A DNA stretch of 64,000 bases from Eledone cirrhosa (lineage: Eukaryota), in NCBI GenBank assembly GCA_964016885.1, contig OZ024740.1:43834001-43898000 (forward strand), given 5' to 3'. Positions 12,790-28,169 of the stretch are shown here, one piece after another (the first letter of the stretch is position 1; every line of letters starts with the position of its first letter). The notes under the pieces were generated by a model. That model saw nothing but the letters and a program-made list of their open reading frames with translations. It had not been told where the DNA came from and searched no databases. Both the position numbers and the translations under genes were made by a program.

Positions 12790-15283
12790 AGAATTTGATT
12801 TTAGCTTATTCAGTTTGAATAACCAATTGCAGTACATCACCAAGCCTGTCGTTCATACTTTTTGCCACTAAATGCTGCCGTTGGGCCACACAATGAACTA
12901 TTAAAGCAGGATGCCAAAGTTCAAGTTTTAAGGCAGAAGAAAAACCTTTGCATCTACAAATCAATCCAGGCGCTCTTCCAGATGCACACGCAACAATATT
13001 GTTATGCTCATTAAAAAATAACTTCAATAAATCTATAATAGACAGAATTTTGAGTCAAGCAAAAAGTGACCAGTGAACAGCATCTCACAGGGTTGAATAT
13101 TGTCATTTTAAAAAATTGAACATTCACTATCATCAATCATTGACTTCCCACAACTATTTATTCGCCAACTTGTATGGAAAATTCATACTCCAGAGATTAT
13201 AGATGAGTTGATGTTTGAATTCTGTCACCATTCCATCTTTATTTCAAGAAATTGTGTTATTACTAAGTGGAATCAAGTGTCAAGATTTGTATGCACTGCA
13301 TTCGAGAGAGCTTCTCCATTATTAGGTTGAAGTCATGTTTTTCCAATAGTGTGGGACTTACTGGCCTTTGTGACCTGTAACGCAATGTTGTACGACGCAA
13401 TCATTCCTTTATCTTGCTTTCTGAAATTCCGAGATCAACTTTTTTCCGTTTATCGAATGGTGTTTTAAGTTGTAAGAAATATGACAAAAGTTTTTCCTTC
13501 TGGCCAGCATGCTTAGAATATATATAATACTTTAAGCGTGAGGCTTCATGGCATCGTTGCTTAAAGTTTGGTTGCACATAACACGTTATTGACTGCTCTG
13601 AAAAGAAGTGTATTGACAACAAATTTTCTTAATAGGACACATTGGGCTGTTTAAAAATAGTACAATACACAGAAAATACTAGAAACAATAAGTAACAAAA
13701 TTTTCGTTCAATAGTTATTCGAATTCTATTTTCAATAATCTACAAATACGAGAACACAAGTGTGTTGCAATCACTTAGTGAACAATACAATCCAACAACT
13801 TAACATAGTAGTCAGTTTATGTGAGTATGCGCATTGAGCTGTAAACAGGTTCAGTCTTCGGAATCTAACATTTTGTTTGGCATTGTCGTCCCTGCCACCT
13901 TGTCTACGGCCAGTCCAGGTTTCTTTGAGGTCATCGCGTATGTTCATTTTATGCGTGATCTCTCGGTGCTGGGGACGTTGGCACATTCATTTCTAACTTT
14001 ACTGATTCTGCGGAAGTATGAAATTGATGGTCAGTAAATGATGCTAAATCGAAACCATTCATTGTGTGTGTCAGCCTCTGCAAAGGGTGCGTACTGTTCT
14101 CTCTTCTGTTCATTATTTTCATGAACAAGATTGACATGCACAGTATAGTTGGAAGTGGTAGCATGACTGGCAGGTGTAGGATCAGTCGGCTCGAACTTAC
14201 AGATGACCTGGTAATATTTAACTTGTCAGAAGGCGATGCTCGACATGCAATTGATAGGCTTGTTGCCGAGTGCTACTTGGCTGGAATAGAAATCGGTTCT
14301 GCCAAAACTCGTCATCCCAGGGAAGCCTTCGCAGTGCATTCTTCTTGTGAATGGAGTTCCATCGAAGCAGGTGGATAGGTTCATGTATCCCGAGGCATGG
14401 AAAGAAAGAGGCTAAATTAAGTATAAGAATTGCAGGGGATGGTGCAGAAATGTTCCAGCTTCAGCATTCGGTAATCACAAGAAGGGTGGACGGTGTAAAA
14501 GCCAAACTGGCTTTCTTCAATTCGGTATTCAGGCCAACCCTTACCTACGGTCATGAATCTTGGGTAACGATTGAAAGAATACGATCGCGAATACAAGCAT
14601 GCAAAAGAATCTTTAGAGTAACGTTACCCAATAGAGTCACTCTAAATAGAGTTGTTACTTCTCCGAATTGAGGGATTACAGCTCCGATATTACGAGCATG
14701 TGGTTAGAATGTCTCAGGAAAGAACGCTTGACAGATTGCACGGGCAAAACCAACCAGTCGGAGACCCAGGGGTAGTCCCCGAGCAAAATTGCTGGATAAC
14801 ATCCATGAGCACGATTGGTTTCCCTTGGGAATCCAGCCGGGGTAATTGTAGACAGTTACATCTGACAGGACACGCTGGAAGCAGTGTTTGAGGACTCTGC
14901 CACCACGACCCTCACAGAAATAAATGGGCAAAGAAGAAGGGAAGTTTATCTTGATATTACCTTATCTGATTTATATCCGAAAAATGTTATTTCGTCTGAA
15001 GAATTATTTGAATGTTAATGGTTATTCTCAAAATTAGAAAATACCAAAATGTTACTTGTTTGCGAGGATGTTTATATGTTCTCTAGGAATGTGGCCCAGT
15101 TATTCGCAGTTAGCTTCCTGAAATTATTTTAATAAACGTTCTTCGCATATCTCATTTGAATATTCTTTTAAGGCAGCATATATTGGAATACCTTCTTTAT
15201 ACTCAAAATCCTACATCGCCCACCATTTTCTGTTCAGTTACTCATCGCCCACCAGTCGATATTGACCAGGCTGGGTAACCCTG
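12790..15283 (-). mobile_element. Degenerate hAT (Buster/Charlie-like) DNA transposon, interrupted by an RTE fragment
   Basis: 12806-13027 gives ...ASGRAPGL..KGF..LK...IVHCVAQRQHLVAK (decayed DGA...HCxxHR motif); 13401-13622 ..SRLKY..SKH..YF; TIR-like CAGGGTTACCCA at 15283. Confidence 0.6.
13960..14945 (+). pseudogene. RTE-like LINE RT C-terminal fragment
   Basis: GCVLFSLLFIIFMNKI, LTDDLVI, PTLTYGHESW, QLRYYEHVVRM, then an AAG-type tail. Confidence 0.75.
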
Positions 15284-16680
15284 CCTTAGATCATATTTCT
15301 GACCGAGCATATCTGACTTGGGTTTATTTTTTGTAATGGTGCTACAGTCGTGACAATCTACACATCTATTATTCTCCTACAATAAAATGGCCACTAAGTC
15401 AGAGCATTATTTCTCGAGCAACGTCGGATACCCATCTATATTAATTAATATCTTAACGTTATTAATTAATATCGTGAAGATTTCTGACTTGTTTTATTTA
15501 ATTGAAATATATGTTATTACTGTATGTAAGTATAATTATTTACTGAAACACTAAATTCTCTAAATAATGGTTCTCTTATATTTATATTGTGTAATGTGAC
15601 GGACCTGAAAGAATGTAACACTAGTAAGTAGATCTTTGTTTGTGGATGATATCGATTTCTAACCTTGGCTCTGAAAAACATACAACATGGTTCATTGTTG
15701 TATACTGCAATTCACATATCAGCAAAGTGTATAGAATAAACGAACACACTGAAAGGCTTCAGTCTCTTACTTGCTTTTGACATATGTACAAATGTTTGAG
15801 AATTAAATACAGAATCACTCTCAGGTAAAGAAAACAATATACTTTTACATTCCAAAGAAATGTCAGTATAGCCTAAATGTTAGTATCTTGAAGTAAATAG
15901 TTTTGGCTTAATTCTTATTTGTGTGACGTTAATATGAGTATGTAAGCGGCGAATTGGCAGAGTCGTTAGAACGTCTGATAGAAGGCTTTGTGGTATTCAC
16001 TCTGACTCTCTACGCTCTGAATTTAAATCCCGTCGTGGTCAATATTTGCCTTTCATTCTTTCACGGTCAATAAAAAAGTACTAGTCCAGTACTGTGGTAG
16101 ATTCTTCCTCTATGTCGCTTTCTCATTTCCTCTCTATTACTAGAAGAAATTAACTGTGTTCAGGCCAGAAGAGAAGATGAGCTAAGCCGGGTTTCAAAAT
16201 GCCCAAGGAGCTCTGTATATCGCTACAACTCAATCAAAAAGTAAATGAAAGAATATTTATGTAGGCCACTGTTGGAGTTGCTACATCGTGTCGGATAGAA
16301 TGTTTACGGTATTAATTCTGGCCTAAGTTCAAGTTCTACTGGGACCAACATAGCTTTTTAGGCTTTCGGAGTTGATTCCTTTTATTCCTTGCTTTCCTAT
16401 TTTGCTCGAACCCAGAGAAGGGTGGGTGTCGTCGAGTTTGAAATCTCCGAAAGATCACGACGGTGACTTGATGACTCTATTAAGAGTTATGGGGGTTAAT
16501 GAAAAAGTCATTGAATATTTATGTATTCTCACTGGTTTGAAGTTTTGTTTGTTTCGAAATATTATTTTAAGTAATTATTGTAAAGGCAGGTTTTCCTCTA
16601 ATCAAAATCTGTCCTCTATTTTTTATTCTCTGTTTGTGTTCACCAAAATTCTGTTCTCTTATGTAACTAATTATGCAATT

Positions 16681-16755
16681 AACACCTGATGAAATCGCTT
16701 GAATCTTGAATCATATTCGGATGAAGCTGGGCCATTGAAATATATATATAGTGTT
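16681..16755 (+). ncRNA. Type I hammerhead motif, family D
   Basis: AACAC-CTGATGA-AAT...ATT-GAAA-TATATATA-TA-GTGTT; perfect stem I, palindromic stem III. Confidence 0.7.
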
Positions 16756-16825
16756 TTCGCGGAATTAAAATTATAAAGTTTCCAGTCCTCTTATCTGTTG
16801 TTGTTTTTGATGAGCATATACTTAC

Positions 16826-16928
<103 letters not shown>

Positions 16929-16941
16929 TGGGGCGTATGCG

Positions 16942-16981
<40 letters not shown>

Positions 16982-17235
16982 GAGAGATATAACCATAGAA
17001 TTAGCTGAAAAGATTATTAAATATGTATTTGAAATTAATGATATATTTAAGTTCAATGTGTTTATGTCGCTAAAGATAGAAATATAGGCAAGTTTTCATT
17101 TCAGAATAGAGGAAAGGATGACATATATAAGACTGAGCATAAAACAAATTATGATCATTTAATGCTTTTATATATATATATGTATACATATTTCGTATCT
17201 CCAAAGAAATACAGTTTTAGGAAGCCGTAGCATCA

Positions 17236-17326
17236 TCTTCTTCTTCTTCTTCTTCTTCTTCTTCTTCTTCTTCTTCTTCTTCTTCTTCTTCTTCTTCTTC
17301 TTCTTCTTCTTCTTCTTCTTCTTCTA
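17236..17326. repeat. (CTT)n microsatellite
   Basis: Direct reading. Confidence 0.95.
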
Positions 17327-17508
17327 TTTATACTATTCTGAAAGCAAAGGTCGGAATTTCTTCTCTGTGAGGTATTCTCTCAGAGTAAGAATTCTTTAAT
17401 CGTACATCCTGCCACTTCTATAGAGATATAGAAAACATACACACATTCACCCCAGCATGAATATGGTAATATCTGAGTCTATATATGTATATATAGACAC
17501 ACACACAC

Positions 17509-17666
<158 letters not shown>

Positions 17667-18092
17667 ATATATATGTATATATGTATATATATATATACAA
17701 ATATATATCAACTAGAAATAGATTGACACATATATGTATATTTAAAATAAACACATGAAACAACAACAGAGGATAATTTGTAAAGTGTGTAATCACACAT
17801 AGCTAGGTAGGTAACTAATTAAAGTTTAACTAGAGCTTCAAATATTACCTTTTAAAAAATGATTAATCCTCCTTGTATATATTTCATTAAATAAATATAT
17901 TTCACCATTAATCCGTAAATTTTGGATATGTACATATATATATGCATGTATATATTATAGATATGTATATATGCATATATATATACATATATATATAATA
18001 TTTATATATATATATGTGTGTGTATATATATGTATATATATATATATATGTGTGTGTATATATATATATGTATATATATATATGCGTATATA

Positions 18093-18143
<51 letters not shown>

Positions 18144-18422
18144 GTATATATATATATATAATATATATATATATATATTTCGATTAATACCTAGAACTAT
18201 TAATCATGTTGTCTAAGAATTGCATAGGTCGACCAGAGTACTGGAAATAGCCACTGTTAGAACCGAAAGTCAGCTTTACTAGTTTAAAATTAGGAGCAGT
18301 AACACAATAATTCTGCTTCTAATGAAAATTGTTATAGGCGCAATGGTATATAAAGATCTGAGAGAAAAGATCGATTCTTACCATCCATATACATAAAGAC
18401 ACACACACATACACACACACAT

Positions 18423-18564
<142 letters not shown>

Positions 18565-19029
18565 ATGATGATTTCTCCCGAATGAAACTGTTCTAGTCTA
18601 GTCTATATATTAAATATTTAAACTCTGCTATGTATTGAGTACCTTACTTACTGTGGTTTCCCCCGATTGAACCCGGGATAAATTTATATGTGGGTTTAGA
18701 CAACGGTCAGTCCTCAGCTTTACATAGAACTAAATGCCTGTTGAAAAAGTGACTTCTTTGTTCGATCCTCATACAAAAATTGACGTATTTGACCCGAATA
18801 GCTTGGTTGTTTCTATGGCTTTGCGGATAATGGTCTAACCATCGTCTCCGTGTGTTTGGCCTTTTAACGTACGTTATTGCTCTAGTTCACTAGGTTCTAT
18901 CGAGCGCTTGCCACACATCTCGGAAGTTGTTTTCGCTAATTTCCAATAGCCGAAATGCGATTCTCAGTAATTTATATATATATATATAGTAATATATATA
19001 TAGTAATAATATATATATAGTAATAATAA

Positions 19030-19570
19030 AATTGAAGACTAAAATCCAAAGAGGGCTCGTGTATGTATTTATTTATTTCTATTACTTCTGTATCGTATTT
19101 ATTTACTTTGTTCTTAACTCTGTAGATTCATTTGGTCTCCTAGTTAGAATTTTAGTCTACGACTTCTGCTATACTATTTACGTGGTTTTGTCTTTGCGTG
19201 CTATTGTTCTCCACGCTTCACATATGACTTATTATCTTCGTTTTTTCGTTCATTGCCAGAGCACGTCTCTATGCACCACCTAAGAGAACATTAGTCTACG
19301 ACCTCTTTTATACCTAAACGTGGTTCTGTCTTTGCGCGTAATTGTTTTTCACCGCTCCTATTAATGATGTATTATTCGTTTTTTCCCGTTCTTTCCCAGC
19401 GAACGTTTCCACGAACCAAAGTATCGTCTTCCTGTCTTCCTCCGGTTGCAACGTTTTTTGAAATATCCAGTTCTGCGTTTACAGATTGACTTTGTTAGTT
19501 TCAGAAGATCCCGTTAAGGGTGAAAGCAGCGATTCTTTGCTTAAACTTTAATCTGTTATTTTAATAAATA
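19030..19570 (+). mobile_element. ORF-less pLTR-like insert, HHR family E, with a 30-nt inverted tail and a ~139-nt internal tandem duplication
   Basis: 19290-19570 is homologous to 31215-31620; 19030-19059 is the reverse complement of the tail at ~31666-31695. Confidence 0.7.
19497..19547 (+). ncRNA. Type I hammerhead motif, family E (U4A core)
   Basis: AGTTT-CAGAAGA-tCCC.gttaa.GGGt-GAAA-GCAG...TTGC-TT-AAACT. Confidence 0.6.
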
Positions 19571-19646
19571 TATATATATATATATATATATAGGTATGTA
19601 TATATATATATATATATGTGTGTGTATATATATATATATATATATG

Positions 19647-19728
<82 letters not shown>

Positions 19729-19846
19729 CATATATATATGTACATATATACATATATATATATATACATACACACACATATTTATATATATACATATATA
19801 TATCTATATTAATAAATATATTTATATATACATATATATATATATG

Positions 19847-19900
<54 letters not shown>

Positions 19901-19901
19901 A

Positions 19902-19966
<65 letters not shown>

Positions 19967-20489
19967 CATTAACAAAGCTGATGGCTAAAATATGTAACAA
20001 ACTCTTGGCAAAACGGCTTGACCAAACAGCACTAAATTTACACCATAGATGTAACTTTTTCAAAGGAAGAAAGTGAGGGTATTTTTGTCTACTAAATTTC
20101 GTTATTATTGATTAAAGAGATTTTGTTTATCTAAAGATTCACTTCTTTAAAATGTTCAAATGTCAACACTTCCGGTTAGCGATCGCTTAAATAAACATTC
20201 ATATATTTTGCAGTTTATATCTAATATCGTCTTTTTTATGTATCATGGATTAAATTTCTGTGTATATTGTCAATGTTATCTATATTAATAAAGCTGACTA
20301 CACTATTGGTACTTTATTATATATAATATATATAATACCACATTCCTCTCTCTTTCTTACTCTGTCATTTTAGATAGATACACAGCTATATCGTCACCCG
20401 CTTATAATATCTGTCTGTCTACATTGACTTCACTTCTAACCAACTTTTAATTAATTATATATATATATATATAATTATAGTTTCGTGTA

Positions 20490-20772
20490 CATATTTTCAA
20501 GAGTAATATTGTACTATATATTTTCAACAGTAATATTGTACTATATATTTTCAACAGTAATACTATACTATATATTTTCAACAGTAGTACCCTACTATAT
20601 ATTTTCAACAGTAATGCTGTACTATACTATATATTTTCAACAGTAATACTCTACTGTACTATATATTTTCAACAGTAATACTCTACTGTACTATATATTT
20701 TCAAAAGTAATACTGTACTACATATTTTCAACGGTAATACTATACCATATATTTTCAACAGTAATACTATAC
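20490..20772. repeat. Minisatellite, about 10 units of 25-32 nt (TATATTTTCAACAGTAATACTGTAC)
   Basis: Direct reading. Confidence 0.9.
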
Positions 20773-20925
20773 TATATATATATACAACACAGATGGATTA
20801 TAGTCTGTTTATCCAAGCGATGGTACGTCAGCTACACTTATATATCTGGATGTCGTAGAACACGCCAATTGTAGCCAGGCGCCAGCCAGACGGGTCAGCT
20901 AGTATATATATATATATATATATAT

Positions 20926-21485
<560 letters not shown>

Positions 21486-21729
21486 ACACACATATATATA
21501 TATATGTTATTCCATATATATATGTTATTCCATATATATATATATATATATATATATGGAATAACAAGTTATCGTTTTAGGTAATCCGGTTAGAGGTTGT
21601 GAGTACTCTGTACTATGGATAGTTTTAATCAATGAAACAAATGATAACACAGTAAATAAAACCCTTTTCGTACAGCCGACCATGTGTTCTTCTTCACTCT
21701 TTCACTACTATATATATATATATATATAT

Positions 21730-21822
<93 letters not shown>

Positions 21823-21888
21823 ATTCTATATATATATAATTCTATAAGAATCCAGCCTCTATAATTTTCAACAAAGGTCGGCGAGTGC

Positions 21889-21934
21889 TAAGCTCTAATG
21901 AACACCAACAGTGTGAAACAGATCTGTCAGCTTA
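21889..21934 (+). ncRNA. Type I hammerhead motif, family F (G5A, probably inactive)
   Basis: TAAGCT-CTAATGA-ACAC.caaca.GTGT-GAAA-CAGATCTG-TC-AGCTTA. Confidence 0.7.
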
Positions 21935-22057
21935 TCTCCCCTCCCTTGTGGAAAAAAGCAGTAAGTGACATAGTCACTACTTTAAGATAATAGCGCAAGG
22001 ACTTCAAAATGTTTTTAATTAAAAATACAGTATATCGCCAGATATACTGTACATATA

Positions 22058-22121
<64 letters not shown>

Positions 22122-22156
22122 AAATTTAAATATTTCACTATGTTTTAAATTGCCTT

Positions 22157-22224
22157 GTCCGATGAACGAATGAGGACGTTTTTTGTATTCGTCTTTTTCG
22201 GGAAACCTCTGGTAATGAGGTAAT
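22157..22224 (+). ncRNA. Degenerate hammerhead motif, family G, upstream of the PLE ORF
   Basis: CCGATGA-stem II (CGAA..GACG/CGTC..TTCG)-GAAA-CCTC.tggtaat.GAGG-TA; weak stem I. Confidence 0.5.
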
Positions 22225-22444
22225 TATATTGTATTGTTTATTATACATTAAATTTAGCTCTGGTACTTACATAGAGCACTCTTCCCTCATTTGACTTTTT
22301 CAATTTTCAATGGAAACTTCAATACTTATACAGCTCCCAAGGGAATGATCGTAGCATATTCTACATTTTTATGAGATTGGCCCCTTCCAGCCCTTTTAAA
22401 GTCGAGCACTCTTCAGGCAAAAGGATTTTTAACCAATACTGAAC

Positions 22445-23457
22445 ATGGATAAACATCATTTGGATTACTCTATCAAGAATATCCCAACACCTTCTAACAC
22501 TCCCTACACTAAAATGCTGATAGACAAAGTAGAGAAAGTTGTTAAAAGAATGAGATGGAAAGCTTTGATTTTCAATAGACACTTTAACACGGACTCTACT
22601 GAACATTTTGATATCAAAACTCATAAATACCCGCAAAGAGTAAAAGATATGACTGCCTTTGAACTAGACTTAGTTAATCTAATCAACAATATCAATTTTC
22701 GTAAGTACTCTAACCCTTTTCAATCTAAACTATCTAATGATATTTCAATATTCAAATCTTCTAAATAAGTTCATTTTCTCTGACAAAACTAAAAACTTAT
22801 ACGAAGTTAATAATAATTTACATGACCAACTCTTAACAGATAACATCACCTCTAAATACCAAATAGCTAATATAAACACCTATAATACTATAAATAATGA
22901 AGCTAAAGGATTAGCTAGTTTTTTTTAAAATAGACAATAGAACAGAAAAACTTGCTAAACGTAATGCCTATATCACCCTCAAAGATCACAAACCTGATTT
23001 TATTAATCGTCCTAGTTGTAGATTAATCAGCCATGCTAAGACTGAAATCGGTCTTGCTAGCAAAAATATATTAAATAATATAAACAAACATATTAGAGGT
23101 AAGTCTGAATTACTCCAATGGATAAATAGCTCTTCCGTAGTACATTGGTTTAATAATATTAAAGATAAAAATAGTTCTAGATTCACCCAATTTGACATTG
23201 TAGACTTCTACCCGTCTATTACTCACCCTCTTTAACGAAAGCCTTAAATTTCGCTAGAAAGTTTATCAATATTTCTGATATTGAAGAGAATGTCATTTTG
23301 CATGCTAGAAACACTCTACTTTTTACTAATAATGACACTTGGGTAAAAATATCTAACCCAGAGAACCCATTCGATGTCTCAATGGGTTGTTTTGACAGTG
23401 CTGACGTGTGTGATTTAGTCGGCCTATTCCTCCAACACACACTCAAAGAGAAATTCC
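22445..23457 (+). pseudogene. PLE ORF N-terminal half (Naiad-like RT, disrupted and 3'-truncated)
   Basis: YSIKNIP, KRMRWKA, SDKTKNLY, ITLKDHK, CRLI, FDIVDFYPSI, SMGCFDSADVCDLVGLFL; homologous to the 42038 ORF. Confidence 0.88.
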
Positions 23458-23551
23458 CTGTGTTAGCAATTGTTTCATTGATCAAAACTATCCATAGTAC
23501 AGAGTACTCACAACCTCTAACTGAATTACCTAAAACGATTACTTGTTATTC

Positions 23552-23684
<133 letters not shown>

Positions 23685-24435
23685 AAAGAAATGTAGATTC
23701 TATGTAAATAATTGCAATCGGTTATTTTATTGTTTGTTCACAATAAAACCAGTATTTCTTGACCTATGCTCCAACAGAAGCCAGGTTTCAATAACAGTAG
23801 TAAGCTTGCAGACACACATCTTCAAAATCAACGCTTATTTGCAGAATCTGTTAGGCTAGCGTCAAGCACAATTTGTTTTTCTTTAAGATTCTATGATAAT
23901 GGTTTGGGATTTAAATATAAGTACTTGTACATTTTTACAGCACATAAACATATACATCTCTCTTTCTCTCTCACTCTACATGTTTTCTTTTTTGTTTTGC
24001 TTCCCCCGCTTATTTCTAACCGGTATACACATGTTTATATTATTTCTACCTTAAGTTTCCATTATATTTGTATAGCTGAGCCGTACAAACAGTAAAGATT
24101 TTAAGTGTGTATTCGATAGTGAGAATACTCTATAGAGGAAATTGAGAGTATTCCAAACTGAGATTAAAGTAATAAAGTTGAGTGGATAGAAAGGTCGATT
24201 TTTTTCACAAGGACAGGTTCCATATAAAGAATTTAAAGGGAGGAGCCTAAGAGAAATTGGGGATCAGATAAAACAGATAGATAGAGAGGGAGAGACGGAG
24301 ACGGAGAGATAGAGAGAGAGAGAAAGATAGAGAGATTCATGGTGTAATCCTAATAGAGGACTCCCCGCCGCTTCTGTTAACTTATGGGTTCATCTTGTTA
24401 AAACACGTGTGTGATACACCCCCCACGCCCCCCAC

Positions 24436-24895
24436 TCATATATATATCATCATCATCATTTTACGTCCGTTTTCCCTGCTAGCAACGGTTGGACGGGTCC
24501 TATTTAGCGCAGCTTCTCTCCACTTCGTCATCTCCTCGGTGAGTTTCAGCGATCTGAGGTCTGCTCTCACCACCTCCGCCCATGTTTTTCGTGGTCTACC
24601 TCTACTGCGTCTTCCCTCCACTGGGACTTCCTGGCACTTCTTCACCCATCGGTCATCCTACATGCGCATCACATGTCCATACCATCTCAGCCTTCTCTCC
24701 TGCACACCACAACTTATCCCTCTTATACCCAGTTTCTTTCTCAACTCGTCTATGCCTGGTCGTTCACGCACATTGAGATTGCACATCCAACGGAGCATGC
24801 TTGCTTCATTTCTCTCCAATCGTCGCATATCCTCTGCAGTTGCGGCCCATGTCTCACTATCATGCAGCATCGCGCATCTCACACAGGCATCATAT
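24436..24895 (-). pseudogene. RTE-like LINE 3' fragment
   Basis: MLHDSETWA, MLRWMC, RRLRWYGHVMRM, RGRPRKTW, (ATG)n tail. Confidence 0.85.
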
Positions 24896-24982
<87 letters not shown>

Positions 24983-24986
<4 letters not shown>

Positions 24987-25612
24987 TATTTTCCGTTGTG
25001 TACTAATATAAATATTACACACAGTAGATTGACAGCTCACGTAGAGTTTGCTCGACGGTTCCAGTTGAAATTCCAAAAGTAATCCGGAGAACTTTAGCAG
25101 AAAAAGCTTGGACGCTCAGGGATAGCGATCAAAAGTTTACCCTAAAATGGGAGAAATTAGCTAAAACCCAAAGCTTTTCCAGGAGCCAAAATTTCTGCAA
25201 ATTGTGCAATCTTGAGATTTATTACATAATCACACGTAAGAAGAAATTGCTGAATAACAGAATTGAACGAACATTATTTTGCCGTCACCGAACTAAAACC
25301 CTTTTTTCCCACTACAAGCCGAATATTACATAAAAGAGGGACATCCCCCCAACTATATAAACCTCAATCTAGTTAGAAAAATATAAAAACAATTTCTTCT
25401 CAACATATATATGTATATTAATAACCTCAAATTACCACACTAATAATGGAAAGATATGCTGATGAGAATAGGTGCAAAAAATGCGATAATGAATGTGTCT
25501 AAAAGCGACCATAAGTATGTATATATATGTGAAAATGTATATAAATAAGTAAATATATATATATGTTTGATGTGTATAGTTAGATGTAAGTGTATTCATG
25601 TATTAAAGTGCT

Positions 25613-25701
<89 letters not shown>

Positions 25702-26400
25702 GTATGTATATACACATAGACTAGAGTATGTATGTGTATATGTGTGTGTCTATACGTGTGTATATAAAGATAAGTTGAGTATGAAAATGTACACACATGA
25801 ACGCGTATGTATGTACATGAATACATGTGTGTATATACATATGTATGCATGTGTATATGTATGTAAGTATGAACATGTTACTATGTGAATGTGAGTATAG
25901 GTATTTTGTAGAGGGGTGCAAATATGTTTGTGTGAGAATGCGTGGGTGAAAGGATACGTACACTGGAAAGAAAAAAATTTAAGTCTGAATGTTAATTAAG
26001 TGCAAACACAAAACCAACCACGCATATCTTTACTATCTCTAATCCCTCTATATATTTAGAAAAATAACCAATAATATATTCTATAAAAATGTCAAAACAA
26101 CGGATGGGAATCTAATTACTCACTGCCACCAAAAATTCTCACTGCTATCAAAAAACCACTCCCTCAACTATTCTTCTAACAACTTCACCCCTCTCTCCTA
26201 ATATTCTCTATAAAAACCAAACAGGTCCTCAGTAATATTATTCTGATGAAATGACAGTAAATAATAACATTGAAATATTGATTGTCTGCATAACTAATAC
26301 TTTGTGGATAGCAGCTGTTTTCAGGTTATGTAACTGTTATAGAAACACGTGTCAATAAATTCCTTTCAACTAAACTGTATCCATTCAAATCTTTCTATAT
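24983..26400 (+). mobile_element. 5'-truncated PLE: GIY-YIG C-terminus, microsatellite-rich 3' UTR and HHR
   Basis: 25087-25333 reads RTLAEKAWTLRDSDQKFTLKWEKL..FCKLCNLE..LLNNRIE..FCRHR, like the ends of the 44480 and 52759 ORFs. Confidence 0.8.
26238..26358 (+). ncRNA. Type I hammerhead motif, family H (long stem II)
   Basis: TTATT-CTGATGA-aATGACAGT...ACTGTTATa-GAAA-CACGTG-TC-AATAA; intact core, GUC triplet. Confidence 0.8.
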
Positions 26401-26430
26401 ATATATATATATGTTATATATATGTATATG

Positions 26431-26486
<56 letters not shown>

Positions 26487-26489
<3 letters not shown>

Positions 26490-27181
26490 CGTTTCTGAAT
26501 TTGTTTAGCAAGATACTTTATCTGAAATCGTGTGTTGAAACTGATATTGTTATACTTTGGGAGGGTCATGTTGCCAATAAGAAACACACGCACCAGTTGC
26601 TTTCACTTCAATTTATTATATATTTATAAATTTATAAATTTACAAACTTATAAATTTCTGGTTGGTTGGTTGGTTCCACAACCAGATAGTTGTTTATATA
26701 TAGTCATAGTCCTTTCGTCACACACTCTGTGACCTCTTCAGTGACTGGGGATTCCTTTCCTTTGTTTCTGTGCCTTTCCTTTCTTCTATCCTACGCCATT
26801 TTGTTTCTGTGTGTGTGTTGTGTGCTCAGTTTGCGCATGCGCCACATCCGGGTGTCTGTGTGTGTTTGTGTTCATTTATCTATTTGTTTATTTATTTATT
26901 TATTTATTTATTGTTGGTTGGTTGTTTGTTCTATGTGTGTGTGTGTTTTCATTTTGTCCTGTGTGTGTTTTCATTTTGTCCTTAATTGTAAGTTGTGATG
27001 TTGCAGAGTGTGTGACGAAAGGACTATGACTATATATAAACAACTATCTGGTTGTGGAACCAACCAACCAACCAGAAATTTATAAGTTTGTAAATTTATA
27101 AATTTATAAATATATAATAAATTGAAGTGAAAGCAACTGGTGCGTGTGTTTCTTATTGGCAACATGACCCTCCCAAAGTAT

Positions 27182-27189
<8 letters not shown>
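26487..27189 (-). mobile_element. ORF-less head-to-head pLTR pair, HHR family I
   Basis: 26544-26729 and 27004-27189 are reverse complements; (TA)n flanks. Confidence 0.8.
26702..26746 (-). ncRNA. Minimal type I hammerhead motif, family I
   Basis: Minus strand AGTCA-CTGAAGA-gGTCACA.gagtg.TGTGAC-GAAA-GGAC-TA-TGACT. Confidence 0.75.
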
Positions 27190-27262
<73 letters not shown>

Positions 27263-27278
27263 TGTATATGTATATATA

Positions 27279-27323
<45 letters not shown>

Positions 27324-27547
27324 AATGTAATCTGAGTTTTTCGAATATTAATAATAACATTCGATTCGTTTGCAATGATGCAAACAAGCCTCATTTTTAA
27401 AGCCATGTCAGTAGAATGAACCCTTCGCTCTTGCTCTTGAGTTGGCATGTGAACAGAACTGCAGACACTAATGTTTCTGGGTATCAGCCTTCATTAGTAC
27501 AGCTCACTGTTCACCTGCCAAACTGTCAGAGCTAGTGAAAATATATG

Positions 27548-27674
<127 letters not shown>

Positions 27675-27993
27675 GTGAGAGAGAGAGAGCGCGAGAGATA
27701 GAGAGAAAGAGATATAGGTAAATAGAAAATGTGATATAATGACAGAGATAAATAGAGATATAGATAAACAGAAGCAAAGATAGCATTCGATTCTTTTGCG
27801 CGTAATCTCGGACAAGTGCCACGTATCATACTCCTGGATCGGTCGAAGTTTTGTGAGAGATAGTGGGTTGACGGAAACTGTTTGGAAGCCCACATGAAGG
27901 ACTGTATCTGTAATTCTCTAATTCAATAATTCAACGAGCCAACGTTGTATCACGTTGCATCTCTCTAAGATAGACAAAGAAATAAAGAAACAA

Positions 27994-28072
<79 letters not shown>

Positions 28073-28169
28073 TCAAGAGGAAATTGGGGATAACAATGGT
28101 TACAGTATTTCAGAGTTTGTGTAAAATTTGGCGCAAAGGCAATTTAATTTAATTGCTTGGTATGTTTCA

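Noticed and set aside
14994-15060. CTGAAGA...GAAA candidate (similar partial matches at 25458, 50322 and 57021)
   Set aside because: They lack a complementary stem I or stem III plus UH, so they were not counted.
20490-20772. CRISPR-like array
   Set aside because: Units are contiguous with no unique spacers, and the context is eukaryotic. It is a minisatellite.
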